Below are positions 16,987-27,136 of a stretch of 32,000 nucleotides of DNA, in pieces (position 1 is the first letter of the stretch; each line of letters begins with the position of its first letter). Source of the stretch: Fastidiosibacter lacustris (GTDB lineage: Bacteria > Pseudomonadota > Gammaproteobacteria > Francisellales > Francisellaceae); the NCBI RefSeq assembly GCF_003428155.1, contig NZ_QLIR01000012.1, forward strand, positions 1 through 32,000. Reading direction: 5' to 3'. The position numbers and the translations under genes were made by a program. The notes under the pieces were generated by a model, which made no database searches, was not told the origin of the DNA, and saw only the letters and a list, made by a program, of their open reading frames with translations.

Positions 16987-17008
16987 AGCTATAAAAAGAG
17001 GATGTCTC

Positions 17009-17794
17009 ATGGCGATTAACAAGATTGTATTAGGCTTATTGGTGACGGTAAGTGGCATTAGTATTATGTATGCAAATATCATCGATAAAACCGATGCAAT
17101 GGTTATCCCCCTTAAAAACAATCAAACGGTGGTAGTGCAGTTATCCAATAGTGACCCCAATCGTTTGTTTGTAGAGAATGACAAAATCAACAATGCCAAT
17201 TGTTTACAGGGTTTTTGTGGGGTGAGTTACGACCCTTCAGGTAGTGTGTATTTAACGTTAGGAGAAGCAGCACGCTATTCTTCTGGGTTTAGTATTTTCT
17301 TATCGACCGAATCCGGGCGGCATTTTACGGTGATTGGGATGCCAGAGCGTGCAGTCGGGAAAACCGTTGAGTTTAGTATTTCAGGTGGTAGCAGTGTTAA
17401 AGCGCGTGAATTTGAGAAGAAAACGCCTTATCAGGAAATGTTAGTACAGATTATTACCATGATGATTAATTATCGTGATGGTGAGCCGCTAACCGATGGT
17501 TGGAGCGTGGTTGATCTTCCTAATGATCAAAAGGATAAAAACAATAAAAACAAGCAAAAGGTTGAACCCGATCAACAAGGCTTACTGATTCAACCTGTAC
17601 AGATTTTTAGTGGTGGCATATTTCAGGGGATTGTTTATGCGGTAAAGAACACGGCAAATACACCAGCCAACTTAAGCACTAAAGCGTTTTATCAGCGCAG
17701 CATGGTCGCAGGTGCCTTGTCACATAAGGTACTAAAGCAAGGTGAGGTTGGGTATTTTTATGGCGTGATTCAATCAGAGCAAGATAATCCATAA
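17009..17794 (+). CDS. traK: F-type T4SS outer-membrane-associated protein TraK
   Basis: Signal peptide, NNQTVVVQLSNSDPNRLFVENDKI and position between traE and traB. Confidence 0.85.
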   Translation: MAINKIVLGLLVTVSGISIMYANIIDKTDAMVIPLKNNQTVVVQLSNSDPNRLFVENDKINNANCLQGFCGVSYDPSGSVYLTLGEAARYSSGFSIFLSTESGRHFTVIGMPERAVGKTVEFSISGGSSVKAREFEKKTPYQEMLVQIITMMINYRDGEPLTDGWSVVDLPNDQKDKNNKNKQKVEPDQQGLLIQPVQIFSGGIFQGIVYAVKNTANTPANLSTKAFYQRSMVAGALSHKVLKQGEVGYFYGVIQSEQDNP

Positions 17795-17877
17795 CACCAG
17801 TGTGTTAAACGTCTAACTATTCAAAAGCGAAAAAAGCGAAAAAAGGAAAAGTGCGCCAGTAATCTATGAGGTAAGCC

Positions 17878-19602
17878 ATGCTAAGTAAATTAAAACAGTT
17901 AAGACTATTACAAAAAACACAAGAAACACAAAAAATAAAACGATCAAATAAAGGAAAGGAAGAAAACGAAGAAAAGCAAGAGAGCCGTCAGACGATACAA
18001 TCTAAGCACGATGATAGCGGCAGTTACGGTGACGATATTGATGCAGTCGATTCGGCAGACAACCCCAACCAAGATCGCCGAAAGGTGATTATTCTGGTGG
18101 TTGTGAGCATTGTTGTTGGATTCGTATTTTATGCGGCGTATTCTTTTTTGTTTTCAACACCAGAGCGCGCTCATCAGGTGAGTAAGGCTAAAGCAAAAGA
18201 TCACTTTATTAAAGTAAAAGATCGCACCTTTACCGAAGAGGATAACACCTCTGCCTTATCTGCTCAGCAGGCGACTATTGATGAATTACAAAAGCAATTA
18301 CGTATCATCTCAATCAAAAGTGACGAGTTGGGTCAATCACAGATAAAACAGCAAGCGCAATGGGATAAGCAAAGGATTGAGTTGCAAGCGCAATTAAACG
18401 ATGCCCTTAAAAAGGTGGCAGACTATCAGACAGTGGCACCATCCCATATAAGCTCGGAGCTTACCAACACCCCATCTCAACCGAAAGGACAGCGACTAGA
18501 TGGTACACACAGTCAATCAAGTAAAGAGAGTGAACAAAAGAATCAAAACAATCAAAACAATCAAAACAATCAAAACAATCAAAACAATCAAAAAAATGCG
18601 CAAGCGTTAGGTTTACCACAACCTTATTACCCTTCGGTGACCGCAGGAGAGATTCCAGTGATGCAGCACTTTAACAATCCGTTTATTGAGGCTGAACGTG
18701 CAAACAAAGCCCAAGCCGCGGCAGACAATCACTACAAACGCACGTGGAAGAACTTTGTGCCAACAGGGACGTTTTGTCGGGCGACTTTATTAGGTGGTGC
18801 TGATGCGAATGCTGGCGTTGATTCACAAGGGGATAGCTCCCCGATTATTTTTAAGGTAGATAACAATTGTATCTTACCTAATGGCAAGCATTCTCAGCTT
18901 AAGGGCGCATTTATTACGGCTTCGGTTTATGGTCGGATTTCATCTGAACGTGGCATTGTGCGTTTGGATAATATTTCGTTGGTACGTAAAGACGGCAGTA
19001 TTTTGGATATCCCTGTTGAGGGAACAGCCTTTGATGTGGGTGGAAAGAATGGTATCCGTGGGATCCCTGTGCTTAAAAATGGCAAGATTATTCAAATGTC
19101 GGGTCTATCAGGATTCTTATCAGGCGTTGGTGGGGCAATCAATCAGTCATCAACTACCACCAGTGTCTCACCGTTGGGTGCTACACAGAGTATTGATCCG
19201 AGTAAAGTGCTGCAAGCGGGCTTAGGGCAAGGTGGTCAGACGGCATTAGCTAAGGTTGCTGATTATTACCTGAAATTAGCTGAGCAGTATTCCCCGATTA
19301 TTCAGTTAAATGCGGGATCAATTGTTGATATTGTTTTTTTAAAGGGCTTCCCGATTGAAGATGAGAAAATGATGCAGCGTTATGAGGCAGCGGTCAATAG
19401 CGCACGTGAGCAAAAGCAAAATGGGCAAAATGGACAACCTTTGCAGCAAATGCTTCAGGCACCGACAAATCCGCTGATGCAGAATGTGCCGAAACCTTAT
19501 AGTCAGTCGCACGGTCATTCGATGTTAACAGGGGGAGCGCCTAGCTTGTCCTATAACCAACGCTTTAATAAAACGATGCAAGATAAATTAGGGGCATACT
19601 AA
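17878..19602 (+). CDS. traB: F-type T4SS scaffold TraB (VirB10-like)
   Basis: TM VVVSIVVGFVFYAAYSF, coiled coil, TFCRATLLGGADANAG...VFLKGFPI VirB10/TraB C-terminal signatures. Confidence 0.93.
   Translation: MLSKLKQLRLLQKTQETQKIKRSNKGKEENEEKQESRQTIQSKHDDSGSYGDDIDAVDSADNPNQDRRKVIILVVVSIVVGFVFYAAYSFLFSTPERAHQVSKAKAKDHFIKVKDRTFTEEDNTSALSAQQATIDELQKQLRIISIKSDELGQSQIKQQAQWDKQRIELQAQLNDALKKVADYQTVAPSHISSELTNTPSQPKGQRLDGTHSQSSKESEQKNQNNQNNQNNQNNQNNQKNAQALGLPQPYYPSVTAGEIPVMQHFNNPFIEAERANKAQAAADNHYKRTWKNFVPTGTFCRATLLGGADANAGVDSQGDSSPIIFKVDNNCILPNGKHSQLKGAFITASVYGRISSERGIVRLDNISLVRKDGSILDIPVEGTAFDVGGKNGIRGIPVLKNGKIIQMSGLSGFLSGVGGAINQSSTTTSVSPLGATQSIDPSKVLQAGLGQGGQTALAKVADYYLKLAEQYSPIIQLNAGSIVDIVFLKGFPIEDEKMMQRYEAAVNSAREQKQNGQNGQPLQQMLQAPTNPLMQNVPKPYSQSHGHSMLTGGAPSLSYNQRFNKTMQDKLGAY
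18541..18592 (+). repeat. 9-bp tandem repeat (aatcaaaac)n encoding NQN repeats within traB
   Basis: aatcaaaacaatcaaaacaatcaaaacaatcaaaacaatcaaaacaatcaaaa; encodes NQNNQNNQNNQNNQNNQ. Confidence 0.85.
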
Positions 19603-19603
19603 C

Positions 19604-20098
19604 ATGGTCACAACAATGTTTAGAAAATTGAAAACAAGTGCACTGATACTGCTAGGATTATCGAGCGTATTGTTATCAGGTTGTGCGGTGATGAGTAATG
19701 ATTTTGATTGTACCAAAGTAGGTGGTATTCACGGTTGTGCTTCATTGGATCAGGTGTATCAGATGAGCAACCAAGGTCAGTTGCCTGATCAAATAAATCA
19801 AACAAATCAAACAAATCAGATCAATACATCATCACTTAACCACGGTGGGTCTGTTAATGCGGCAGGAAGTAGGTTCTCAGCACCTAGTCAGAGCGCGTTA
19901 AGTGGTTATAGCAACGCAATTCCTAATATTGGGCAACCTGTGCGTTTTGGCGATAAGATTCAGCAAGTGACGATTTTCCCTTATCAGGATAGTGCAGGAA
20001 ATTATCATGAAGCCAGTATCGTGTATACGGTACTGAAAAAATCACACTGGATTGATTATCCGGTGTCGCAAATTCAAACCGATGATAGTGAGGTGTAA
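19604..20098 (+). CDS. traV: F-type T4SS lipoprotein TraV
   Basis: Lipobox LLSGCAVMSNDFDCTKVGGIHGCASLDQVYQM, between traB and traC. Confidence 0.88.
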   Translation: MVTTMFRKLKTSALILLGLSSVLLSGCAVMSNDFDCTKVGGIHGCASLDQVYQMSNQGQLPDQINQTNQTNQINTSSLNHGGSVNAAGSRFSAPSQSALSGYSNAIPNIGQPVRFGDKIQQVTIFPYQDSAGNYHEASIVYTVLKKSHWIDYPVSQIQTDDSEV

Positions 20099-20100
20099 TC

Positions 20101-22863
20101 ATGGGGTTTCTGTCATCAATTACTTCTAAATCAAATAAATCAAATAAAGTAAATAAAAGAGATAACAACAATAAAAATAAAGATGTGATCAAACAGATGA
20201 TGCAACAGCAATCGCCTAACATGCCGATGTTTCACCATGAATTACCTTACCGTTATTTTGATAGAGAGCATAAGATTTTTATCAATGAGCATCAAGGCGA
20301 TCTTATGGATAAACTCAAAGGCAATATGGGCAATAAAGTTGGGTTTGGTTTTGCGCACGAAATATCGCCTTTATCAGGCAGCTCTCCTTCGGTTGCAGAA
20401 AGTTTAAATGAAATGATTTGCAAGAAATTACCAACAGGTAAAAAGTGGGCGTATCAGTTTGTGCTAACGGCTGATCGTAAAGTCTCTGAAATGATTGAAA
20501 CCAATCGTGAGATACATGCTAAAAATGGTGGGATGTATGAGAAGCTGGCACAGTATCAAGCAGATATGGCGAATAAAGCGTTAACTGATGGCTTTAATCA
20601 TGGATTTGGTAAAGGGGCGCGATTTGACTTAAAAAACTATCGTTCGTATTTTTTTGTGAATACGGTTGAAGATAACTTAAAAAAGCTACTGGAAGTCAAA
20701 GAAGAAACTGAGAATGATTTATCAGCGATTGGTACCAGCTTTCGTGATATGGATGCTGAGGATTTGATTGCCTATGTTGAGGGGATGGTCAATCACAACA
20801 CGACTGAAACGACCCTGCCACGGATTAACTATAATCCGTATGAAGAATTAAGCCAGCAAGTCTATGATCGCACCACGCAAATCAATGCGTCCAATCCACG
20901 TTTTATCGATATTACTTTTCATGATGCAACAACGCATGACATCAATCAACCGATAAAAACACGTGTGGTTTGTTTGACCTTGAAGAAATTACCCAGTGAA
21001 ATTTATCATTGGCATTTACCGAAATATTTATCGTCTTTTAAAGCGATGGGTGCTGCGCTTGCTTGTCCTTTTATGTGGTCACTGAATTTCCAGATTGAGA
21101 GTAAAGCCACCTCTGAAAAAGAGGTTAATGGTAAGATTACCAGTTTAAATCGGGCAAAACAATCAGGGCTGGGGCGCTTTATGCCTTTTTTAGAGGATGA
21201 ATTGGAAGAGAATATGGAAGCACAACGCGGGTTGGCCGGGGATATTTATCGGTTGTGTAATTTCTCAGTCGATTTGATTTTGTACACCAATTATCAAAAC
21301 TGGCGGGCAGATGTATCGCGCGCGATGAATCTATTTCGTGATGGGTTAGAACTTTTTCATCCGATCAGGATGCAGAATCAGGTATTTTTATCGTGTTTAC
21401 CCTTTATGTATACACGTCTTTCTGATGATCGTAAAGTATCGGCAACCAGACATCGTGCCAAATCATCGAACATTGCCAATATGGCACCGATGATTGGTGA
21501 TTATAAAGGCGCTTATGATCAGAGTAAGTCAAGTCCTTATCGAGGCTTATCGTACGGGTTGTTAACGCCGACACGTACCAATCAGATTGCGTATTTTAGT
21601 CCCTTTATTATGGGCACGGACTCTTACAATATTGTGATTGCGGGATCAATGGGATCGGGTAAATCGGTCTTGGGGCAATCGATTATTTTAGACTTGTTGT
21701 CAAATAATGGGTTGGTTTTTGCCTTAGATAAAGGCGGTTCTTATCGGGATATGTGTCGGGCGATTGGTGGGCAGATGATTCATGCGGCGAGTTTACATTT
21801 AAACCCTTTTTCGCATTTGGACTATGAAGCGATGCAGCGTGATCCTGATTTAGTTAATGATCCTGATATCTCGATTGAAGCAATCTTCTTAAACTCGTTA
21901 TCGATGATTACCGAATTGTACGCGATGATTGGGCGACCGAATGAGATCGTGACTGACTTTGAGAAAAACTTTTTAAATGGTTGTGTGACACGTGCCTATG
22001 CCAAAAAGCAAACGAACACCTTAGTTGATGATGTGGTCGCAGAGATTGCATCCGAATTACACGCTGAACAGGAGAAAGGGTTACCCTTTGATCGCAGAAA
22101 AGCTGACTGGATTGATTATTTATACAAATATACTAGCCAAGGGTCATCACCTGAGGTATTTAATAAACCCTCTATGCTTGATCCGAAAGCGAATTTTATC
22201 TGTATCGAAACAGAGGGAGTGCCCGCGCATTTAAAAAACCCTGTGACGATGGCATTAACGATTGATATTGATCATCGGATTATCTTATCGGAAAGCGCAC
22301 GTCCTAAAGGATTTGTGATTGAAGAAGTTGGGGCAATCCTTAAGAATCTTAATTCAGACGCTTTGCGCCAAAAGATTGAGGAGGGCGCTGCCACCTATCG
22401 CAAGAAAGGGGCAACGTTAATCACGATCACACAGGAAGTTGAAGAGTTTTTTCATTCACCGTTATTGCAGGTGATCTATAACAAATCGGAGCTTAAAATG
22501 ATTATGCGTCAAGGAGATAGTTTTGCGGCGTTTGCCAAAGAAAAAGAATTGTTCGATACCGCTGATATTGAACAGATTAAGCGCTTTAAGAAATCCTCGG
22601 AAGCGATGTTTTCGACATTTTTGCTTAAAAATGGCAATGCCACGTCAATCCATCATTTCTATCTTGATCCGTATTCCAAGGTGTTAACCTCAACCAAACC
22701 AGAAGATATGGCAGCGATTAAAGCGTATCGTAAGCAAGGCTATAGCATAGGCGAGGCTGTGGAGCAGGTGATGTGGGATTACTATGGTGAGGAAGCCCAA
22801 GCGTTAATGGATTATCGTCAACATCAAGCGAATGCTGCGCTTAAGATTCAGGCTATTGATTGA
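20101..22863 (+). CDS. traC: F-type T4SS ATPase TraC (VirB4-like)
   Basis: 920 aa. Walker A VIAGSMGSGKSVLGQS, FALDKGGSYRD, TRPKGFVIEEVG-type region. Confidence 0.95.
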   Translation: MGFLSSITSKSNKSNKVNKRDNNNKNKDVIKQMMQQQSPNMPMFHHELPYRYFDREHKIFINEHQGDLMDKLKGNMGNKVGFGFAHEISPLSGSSPSVAESLNEMICKKLPTGKKWAYQFVLTADRKVSEMIETNREIHAKNGGMYEKLAQYQADMANKALTDGFNHGFGKGARFDLKNYRSYFFVNTVEDNLKKLLEVKEETENDLSAIGTSFRDMDAEDLIAYVEGMVNHNTTETTLPRINYNPYEELSQQVYDRTTQINASNPRFIDITFHDATTHDINQPIKTRVVCLTLKKLPSEIYHWHLPKYLSSFKAMGAALACPFMWSLNFQIESKATSEKEVNGKITSLNRAKQSGLGRFMPFLEDELEENMEAQRGLAGDIYRLCNFSVDLILYTNYQNWRADVSRAMNLFRDGLELFHPIRMQNQVFLSCLPFMYTRLSDDRKVSATRHRAKSSNIANMAPMIGDYKGAYDQSKSSPYRGLSYGLLTPTRTNQIAYFSPFIMGTDSYNIVIAGSMGSGKSVLGQSIILDLLSNNGLVFALDKGGSYRDMCRAIGGQMIHAASLHLNPFSHLDYEAMQRDPDLVNDPDISIEAIFLNSLSMITELYAMIGRPNEIVTDFEKNFLNGCVTRAYAKKQTNTLVDDVVAEIASELHAEQEKGLPFDRRKADWIDYLYKYTSQGSSPEVFNKPSMLDPKANFICIETEGVPAHLKNPVTMALTIDIDHRIILSESARPKGFVIEEVGAILKNLNSDALRQKIEEGAATYRKKGATLITITQEVEEFFHSPLLQVIYNKSELKMIMRQGDSFAAFAKEKELFDTADIEQIKRFKKSSEAMFSTFLLKNGNATSIHHFYLDPYSKVLTSTKPEDMAAIKAYRKQGYSIGEAVEQVMWDYYGEEAQALMDYRQHQANAALKIQAID

Positions 22864-22969
22864 TCCTGTGGATTGGGATGGTCTTATGACAGCCGCGCCG
22901 TGTTGCGTCAATAAAAGTAAAAAAGCAAAAAAAGTAAAAAAAGTAAAATAAAAAAAAGAGGGGTAACGT

Positions 22970-23326
22970 ATGTTTGACCTGATCTATCGGGGATTACAAG
23001 TAGTTTTGTTGCTGATGTTATCGATTATGTTGAGTGTAACATTTATCAAGCTGACAACACCGCCACCGATAAAGATGGTGAGTGTTGATGTGTCCAGCAT
23101 GATCAAAACCTTTGCCAAAGAAAGTAGCAAATTAAACTTAACTGAGCATCAACAAAAGGATTTATCACGTGATTTTGCCGATGCATTAACCCGCGTCAAT
23201 CAGGCGTATGGTAAAAAACATCATGCGATTGTGTTAGTCAGTGGGGCGGTGGTTGCGGGTGTCGAGGATGTGACGTCTGAGATTCAGGCGCAGGTTTTTA
23301 ATCAAATTGATTTTAAGATAGAGTGA
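22970..23326 (+). CDS. trbI: TrbI-like F-type T4SS protein
   Basis: N-terminal TM plus AIVLVSGAVVAGVEDVTSEIQAQVF; lies between traC and traW. Confidence 0.75.
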   Translation: MFDLIYRGLQVVLLLMLSIMLSVTFIKLTTPPPIKMVSVDVSSMIKTFAKESSKLNLTEHQQKDLSRDFADALTRVNQAYGKKHHAIVLVSGAVVAGVEDVTSEIQAQVFNQIDFKIE

Positions 23327-23850
23327 GGATTGTTATGTTAAAGAAAATAAGTATTTTGTTCATAGGTCTTTGGTGTCTTAATCCTATGGCATTTGCAAAT
23401 AAAATAAATGAAAGCGGGGAAGAGCAATTTGCCAAAACCTATGCGTGTTTTTTAGATAAATATTCCAAAGACAGCAGGTTAATACAATCACTTATTCAGC
23501 CTGAGTCTGAAGATAGCCAGATGAATGCCAATGCGCTCATTCAAAAATATGGTAAAGAAAAATACGAATTAAGCATTAGTGCGTTAGTTGATTATTATGC
23601 ACAGTGCCAAGGGCTTTTGGTTAGACATAACGTGCGCTCAGATGTGATTAAAAATGAAGATCAGTGCTGGCTATCCATGATGGCAAAAGATAAAAGAGTT
23701 TTAAAACCAATGTTTCTATTTTTCTTTCCAAGTATATTTAATTCAGAAGAAGTGAGTGATTTTTTCACTTTAACCTCGAAAGAAGCAATACAAGAGAATG
23801 CTATAGCGATGTTTGAGATTGCGCAGAAGTGTAATCATTCGTCAACATAA
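23323..23850 (+). CDS. Hypothetical exported protein inside the tra operon
   Basis: Signal peptide ILFIGLWCLNPMAFANK. ATGA-type overlap with trbI. Four to five cysteines. Confidence 0.65.
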   Translation: MRIVMLKKISILFIGLWCLNPMAFANKINESGEEQFAKTYACFLDKYSKDSRLIQSLIQPESEDSQMNANALIQKYGKEKYELSISALVDYYAQCQGLLVRHNVRSDVIKNEDQCWLSMMAKDKRVLKPMFLFFFPSIFNSEEVSDFFTLTSKEAIQENAIAMFEIAQKCNHSST

Positions 23851-24031
23851 GACTGTAAGCTGCGGAGAGTGTTTTAAACTTTCCGCATTCTAACTGTTGT
23901 TTTTTATCATCATTTACTTTTTTTGCGTTATCACATTGTTCTTTGTGATAGGCAATGGCTTCTTGCATATTGCTAAATGCAATTGCATTAGAAATGTTAG
24001 TAAGCAATATCAATGTTAATAATGTTTTCAT
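23801..24031 (-). CDS. Possible antisense small exported protein
   Basis: MKTLLTLILLTNISNAIAFSNMQEAIAYHKEQCDNAKK... has a plausible signal peptide, but no clear SD was seen and it overlaps the 3' end of 23323-23850. Confidence 0.35.
   Translation of the reverse strand: MKTLLTLILLTNISNAIAFSNMQEAIAYHKEQCDNAKKVNDDKKQQLECGKFKTLSAAYSLMLTNDYTSAQSQTSL
23861..23887 (+). terminator. Strong stem-loop in the trbI-orf / traW gap
   Basis: TGCGGAGAGT-gttttaa-ACTTTCCGCA, 10-bp stem with one G-U, followed by a moderately T-rich region. Confidence 0.45.
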
Positions 24032-24051
24032 AGCACAATAAAGAGATAGAA

Positions 24052-24852
24052 ATGATTAAATTAGATAAAATTATATCGTTGCTGCTCAGACTATACAAGC
24101 TGGTTATTACTAGCCTTACGGTCTTGTTATTAATCAGCGGCATAAGCTTTGGCAAGAACTTAGGACAATATGGTCATGTATACGAAATACTTGAGCAGAA
24201 TATGCTGGACTTTATTCATGATCGATTACTGTATTTACAGGAAACAGGTGAGCTTGCCAAACTAGAAAGTGAGGCAAAGGCACGTGTTAAAGCCTCTATT
24301 TTGCGACCCAAACCGGTGCGTCTGGGGACGACAACTGATCCGAAAGTATTTTACTATACGCCAATGTATACCTTGCCACAGGATGTTTACGATGGCAAAG
24401 GCAATATCCTTTATCATAAAGGCACACGCTTTAACTCGATGGATAGTAGCACGTATCCTGAGCCTTTGCGTCAATATCATTTTGTACTACCGAAATGGCA
24501 AGGGCATTTCATCTTTTTTAATGGTGATGACATGCAACAGGTTAATTGGCTCAATAAAACCCTTGTTGAGATGAATGCCAAAAAGCAAAGTTATAAACTG
24601 GTGATGACCGGTGGAAATTTAAAAGACACGATAGCCGCAGTAAACACACGCGTTTACTTTGATCAATATGGCAAATTAAGTGATCAATTTGGCATTAAGC
24701 ATGTGCCAAGCATGGTATCTCAGGAAAATAACCAGTTCAAAATTCAATCGTTTAATGTGGCTCATGAGTCATTGAAATTAGCGGTTAATCACAAAGTAGA
24801 CGAACGAAATGAGCAAGCGGATCAAGTAGATCAAGTAGACAAAAACAGTTAA
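24052..24852 (+). CDS. traW: F-type T4SS protein TraW
   Basis: FYYTPMYTLPQDVYDGKGNILYHKGTRFNSMD...LPKWQGHFIFFNGDD...VYFDQYGKLSDQFGIKHVPSMVSQ. Confidence 0.9.
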   Translation: MIKLDKIISLLLRLYKLVITSLTVLLLISGISFGKNLGQYGHVYEILEQNMLDFIHDRLLYLQETGELAKLESEAKARVKASILRPKPVRLGTTTDPKVFYYTPMYTLPQDVYDGKGNILYHKGTRFNSMDSSTYPEPLRQYHFVLPKWQGHFIFFNGDDMQQVNWLNKTLVEMNAKKQSYKLVMTGGNLKDTIAAVNTRVYFDQYGKLSDQFGIKHVPSMVSQENNQFKIQSFNVAHESLKLAVNHKVDERNEQADQVDQVDKNS

Positions 24853-24908
24853 AAACACTCAGAGATAAAAAATAAGTAAATGGAAAAAAAATAAAAAGAT
24901 GGTGAGAT

Positions 24909-25973
24909 ATGTTAGGCAAATGGATGCAGTTGATCAAAACAACAATAATCAAAATAGGATTGGGTTGTTGCTTGGCATTGTTGGTGCAGCAAAGCTATAG
25001 TGCAACAGGCACTTGCACAGGGCGTTTTGTTAACCCAATTACCGATATATCATGGGCAAGTATTTTCCCGATGACGATTGGTAAAGTGCCTGTTATTGCC
25101 AGTGCTTTAGGTTTACCTGATACGCCCAATCCGACCTCTCCTGTTGTGGGGTGTAATTTACCCCCTCCATTATTTTATCGTATTGGGATCACGATTGGTT
25201 ATTGGGAGCCTTATGCGCTAACGGATGTGACACGTATTCCCTATTGCATGGTCAATATGGGCTTTGAAATGCCATTGGGATTAAATATGCAGCAAATAGG
25301 CGGGGCAGCGACTGGGGGTACGGAAGTGGCATCAGCAGGGGGCAGACAAGACACGAATGCGCAGTTTTTTCATGTACATTGGTATAAATACCCTATTATT
25401 TACTGGTTGCAACTGATCCAATCGGCGGCGTGTATGGCAACGGACAACTATGATATTTTATACATGAGTGAACTTGATCCATTATGGGATGATGACTTAT
25501 TAGCCTTTTATTTAAACCCAGAAGCGATTTTATTTGGCAATCCAGTGATACAATTAGCCTGTATTGCCGAATCGGTATTAACCTCGGCTAATGTGGCATT
25601 GCCTTTGGATGTGCTATTTTGGTGCGCGGGCTCACAAGGCTCAATGTATCCGTTAACCGGCACTGTATCCAGTGCGTTTTCAGATGCGTCCAATGCGGTA
25701 CTATTAACTGAGCGCATGAATTATAAATTGCACCGTGAGGGATTGGTGTTAGAAACCGTGCCTGAATGGCCTGCGATCTGTTATCAGTATTATGCGCCGA
25801 TATTACCCAAATCACGTTATCGTTATCAATACACCAATGTCGTGCCAGAGCCGTATATTTCACACCCTTATACAACGACAACAATGATTTCAGAAGCGGG
25901 TAAAAACAATATTGTGACGGGTGACAATTTTGGGTTTTTAAACTTCAAAAAACGCAATTGTGTGTTTTTATAG
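24909..25973 (+). CDS. traU: F-type T4SS protein TraU
   Basis: CTGRFVNPITDISWASIFPMTIGKVPV...PPPLFYRIGITIGYWEPYALTDVTRIPYCMVNMG. Confidence 0.95.
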   Translation: MLGKWMQLIKTTIIKIGLGCCLALLVQQSYSATGTCTGRFVNPITDISWASIFPMTIGKVPVIASALGLPDTPNPTSPVVGCNLPPPLFYRIGITIGYWEPYALTDVTRIPYCMVNMGFEMPLGLNMQQIGGAATGGTEVASAGGRQDTNAQFFHVHWYKYPIIYWLQLIQSAACMATDNYDILYMSELDPLWDDDLLAFYLNPEAILFGNPVIQLACIAESVLTSANVALPLDVLFWCAGSQGSMYPLTGTVSSAFSDASNAVLLTERMNYKLHREGLVLETVPEWPAICYQYYAPILPKSRYRYQYTNVVPEPYISHPYTTTTMISEAGKNNIVTGDNFGFLNFKKRNCVFL

Positions 25974-25995
25974 TACATGATTTAAGGAGATAGAC

Positions 25996-26247
25996 ATGGC
26001 ATTAACCAACAAGATAACTGTTTCTAACACAAGCAATTTACCCTATGCCATTGTGATTGGCTATATGGCGATTATGATTGTCGTCATGACTGTGATTGTC
26101 AGCCTGTCGATCAAGGAAGCTGAAAAGAAAAGCGTGCGTGAAGCAGCGCTTAGGGCAAGTATTGATGATCACTTTGCCAAAACGCGAGCTGAATTTGATA
26201 AGCAATTTGAACAAATCAGGCGTGATCGCGGTAGATGGGGAGGTTGA
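25996..26247 (+). CDS. Small single-TM protein between traU and trbC
   Basis: 83 aa; AIVIGYMAIMIVVMTVIVSLSI TM then a charged cytoplasmic-type tail. Overlaps the trbC start. Confidence 0.6.
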   Translation: MALTNKITVSNTSNLPYAIVIGYMAIMIVVMTVIVSLSIKEAEKKSVREAALRASIDDHFAKTRAEFDKQFEQIRRDRGRWGG

Positions 26248-27053
26248 TAATGTATGCAAATAGTATAAGAGTAAAGAGAGTAGAAAAAATAACGTCACTT
26301 TTGTGTTTCTTGATTTGTCAGTTTAGTTTGCTTGGTGTATCTCAGCATTCTTATGCCACTGAAAATGTAAGCCAACCAACGTACTCACAACAAGATATTG
26401 AAGCGTTAAACCAATCTGCACAACAAAAAGCGCAAAGCTATCAAACTCAAGCATTACAACTTAATGAGCAGGCATTAGCAACAAGCAAGCAACATGAAGA
26501 TGCCGCACGTCAAACGGCTGAAATGGGCAAAGAAAAGTGGCTTGAAGCGATGGCAAAGCTTAAAAACCAGTACATTGATGATAAACAATTAGCGGCGATG
26601 CAAAAGCAGTATCATGGTTTATTGATTTTTGCGTCATTATGGATGCCAGAAGCCTCATTAAAAGCACTCGTTAAGCAAGCCGATCAAGTCGGGGCACCCA
26701 TTATTATTCAAGGCTTATATAAAAACAGTTTTCAACTGACTGCCGATAAAATATTTGATCTGGTGAAGCCCGAAAAAGCTGAAAAAGAGGGTGGCAAATA
26801 TCAAGGTGGCATTGTGATTGATCCGAATTGGTTCAAAATGTATGGGATTACTAAGGTGCCTGCCTTTGTCATCACCCATCAGTTTAATGCCTGCTTAGGT
26901 GGCAAAGATTGCAAGGTGGCAGATTATGATATATTGACGGGCAATATATCGGCTCAAGATGCATTAACTGTCTTTAAGCGTAAAGGGCAGCGGCAGTTTC
27001 AAGCCGTGGTTGAGCAGTTTTTATCTTTGACGGATCAAGCTGATCACAGGTAG
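26235..27053 (+). CDS. trbC: F-type pilus assembly protein TrbC
   Basis: LLIFASLWMPEASLKALVKQADQVGAPIIIQGLYKNSF...GGIVIDPNWFKMYGITKVPAFVI. Confidence 0.9.
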   Translation: MGRLIMYANSIRVKRVEKITSLLCFLICQFSLLGVSQHSYATENVSQPTYSQQDIEALNQSAQQKAQSYQTQALQLNEQALATSKQHEDAARQTAEMGKEKWLEAMAKLKNQYIDDKQLAAMQKQYHGLLIFASLWMPEASLKALVKQADQVGAPIIIQGLYKNSFQLTADKIFDLVKPEKAEKEGGKYQGGIVIDPNWFKMYGITKVPAFVITHQFNACLGGKDCKVADYDILTGNISAQDALTVFKRKGQRQFQAVVEQFLSLTDQADHR

Positions 27054-27136
27054 TTTTTACCTTTTTTATCTTTTTTTACGTTGATTATGGTCTAATTTTC
27101 ATCATTGGATTTTGCCGTTTTATTTTTTTATGGGGG

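Noticed and set aside
18881-19225. Plus-strand ORF of 114 aa in an alternate frame
   Set aside because: Fully inside the traB coding sequence; no independent start signal.
19923-20222. Minus-strand ORFs in the traV/traC junction
   Set aside because: Leu/Phe-rich products arise from antisense reading of the aat/aaa-rich repeats.
24262-24574. Alternate-frame ORFs in traW on both strands
   Set aside because: Shadow ORFs within a well-supported TraW.
25508-25884. Minus-strand ORFs in traU
   Set aside because: Shadow ORFs within a well-supported TraU.
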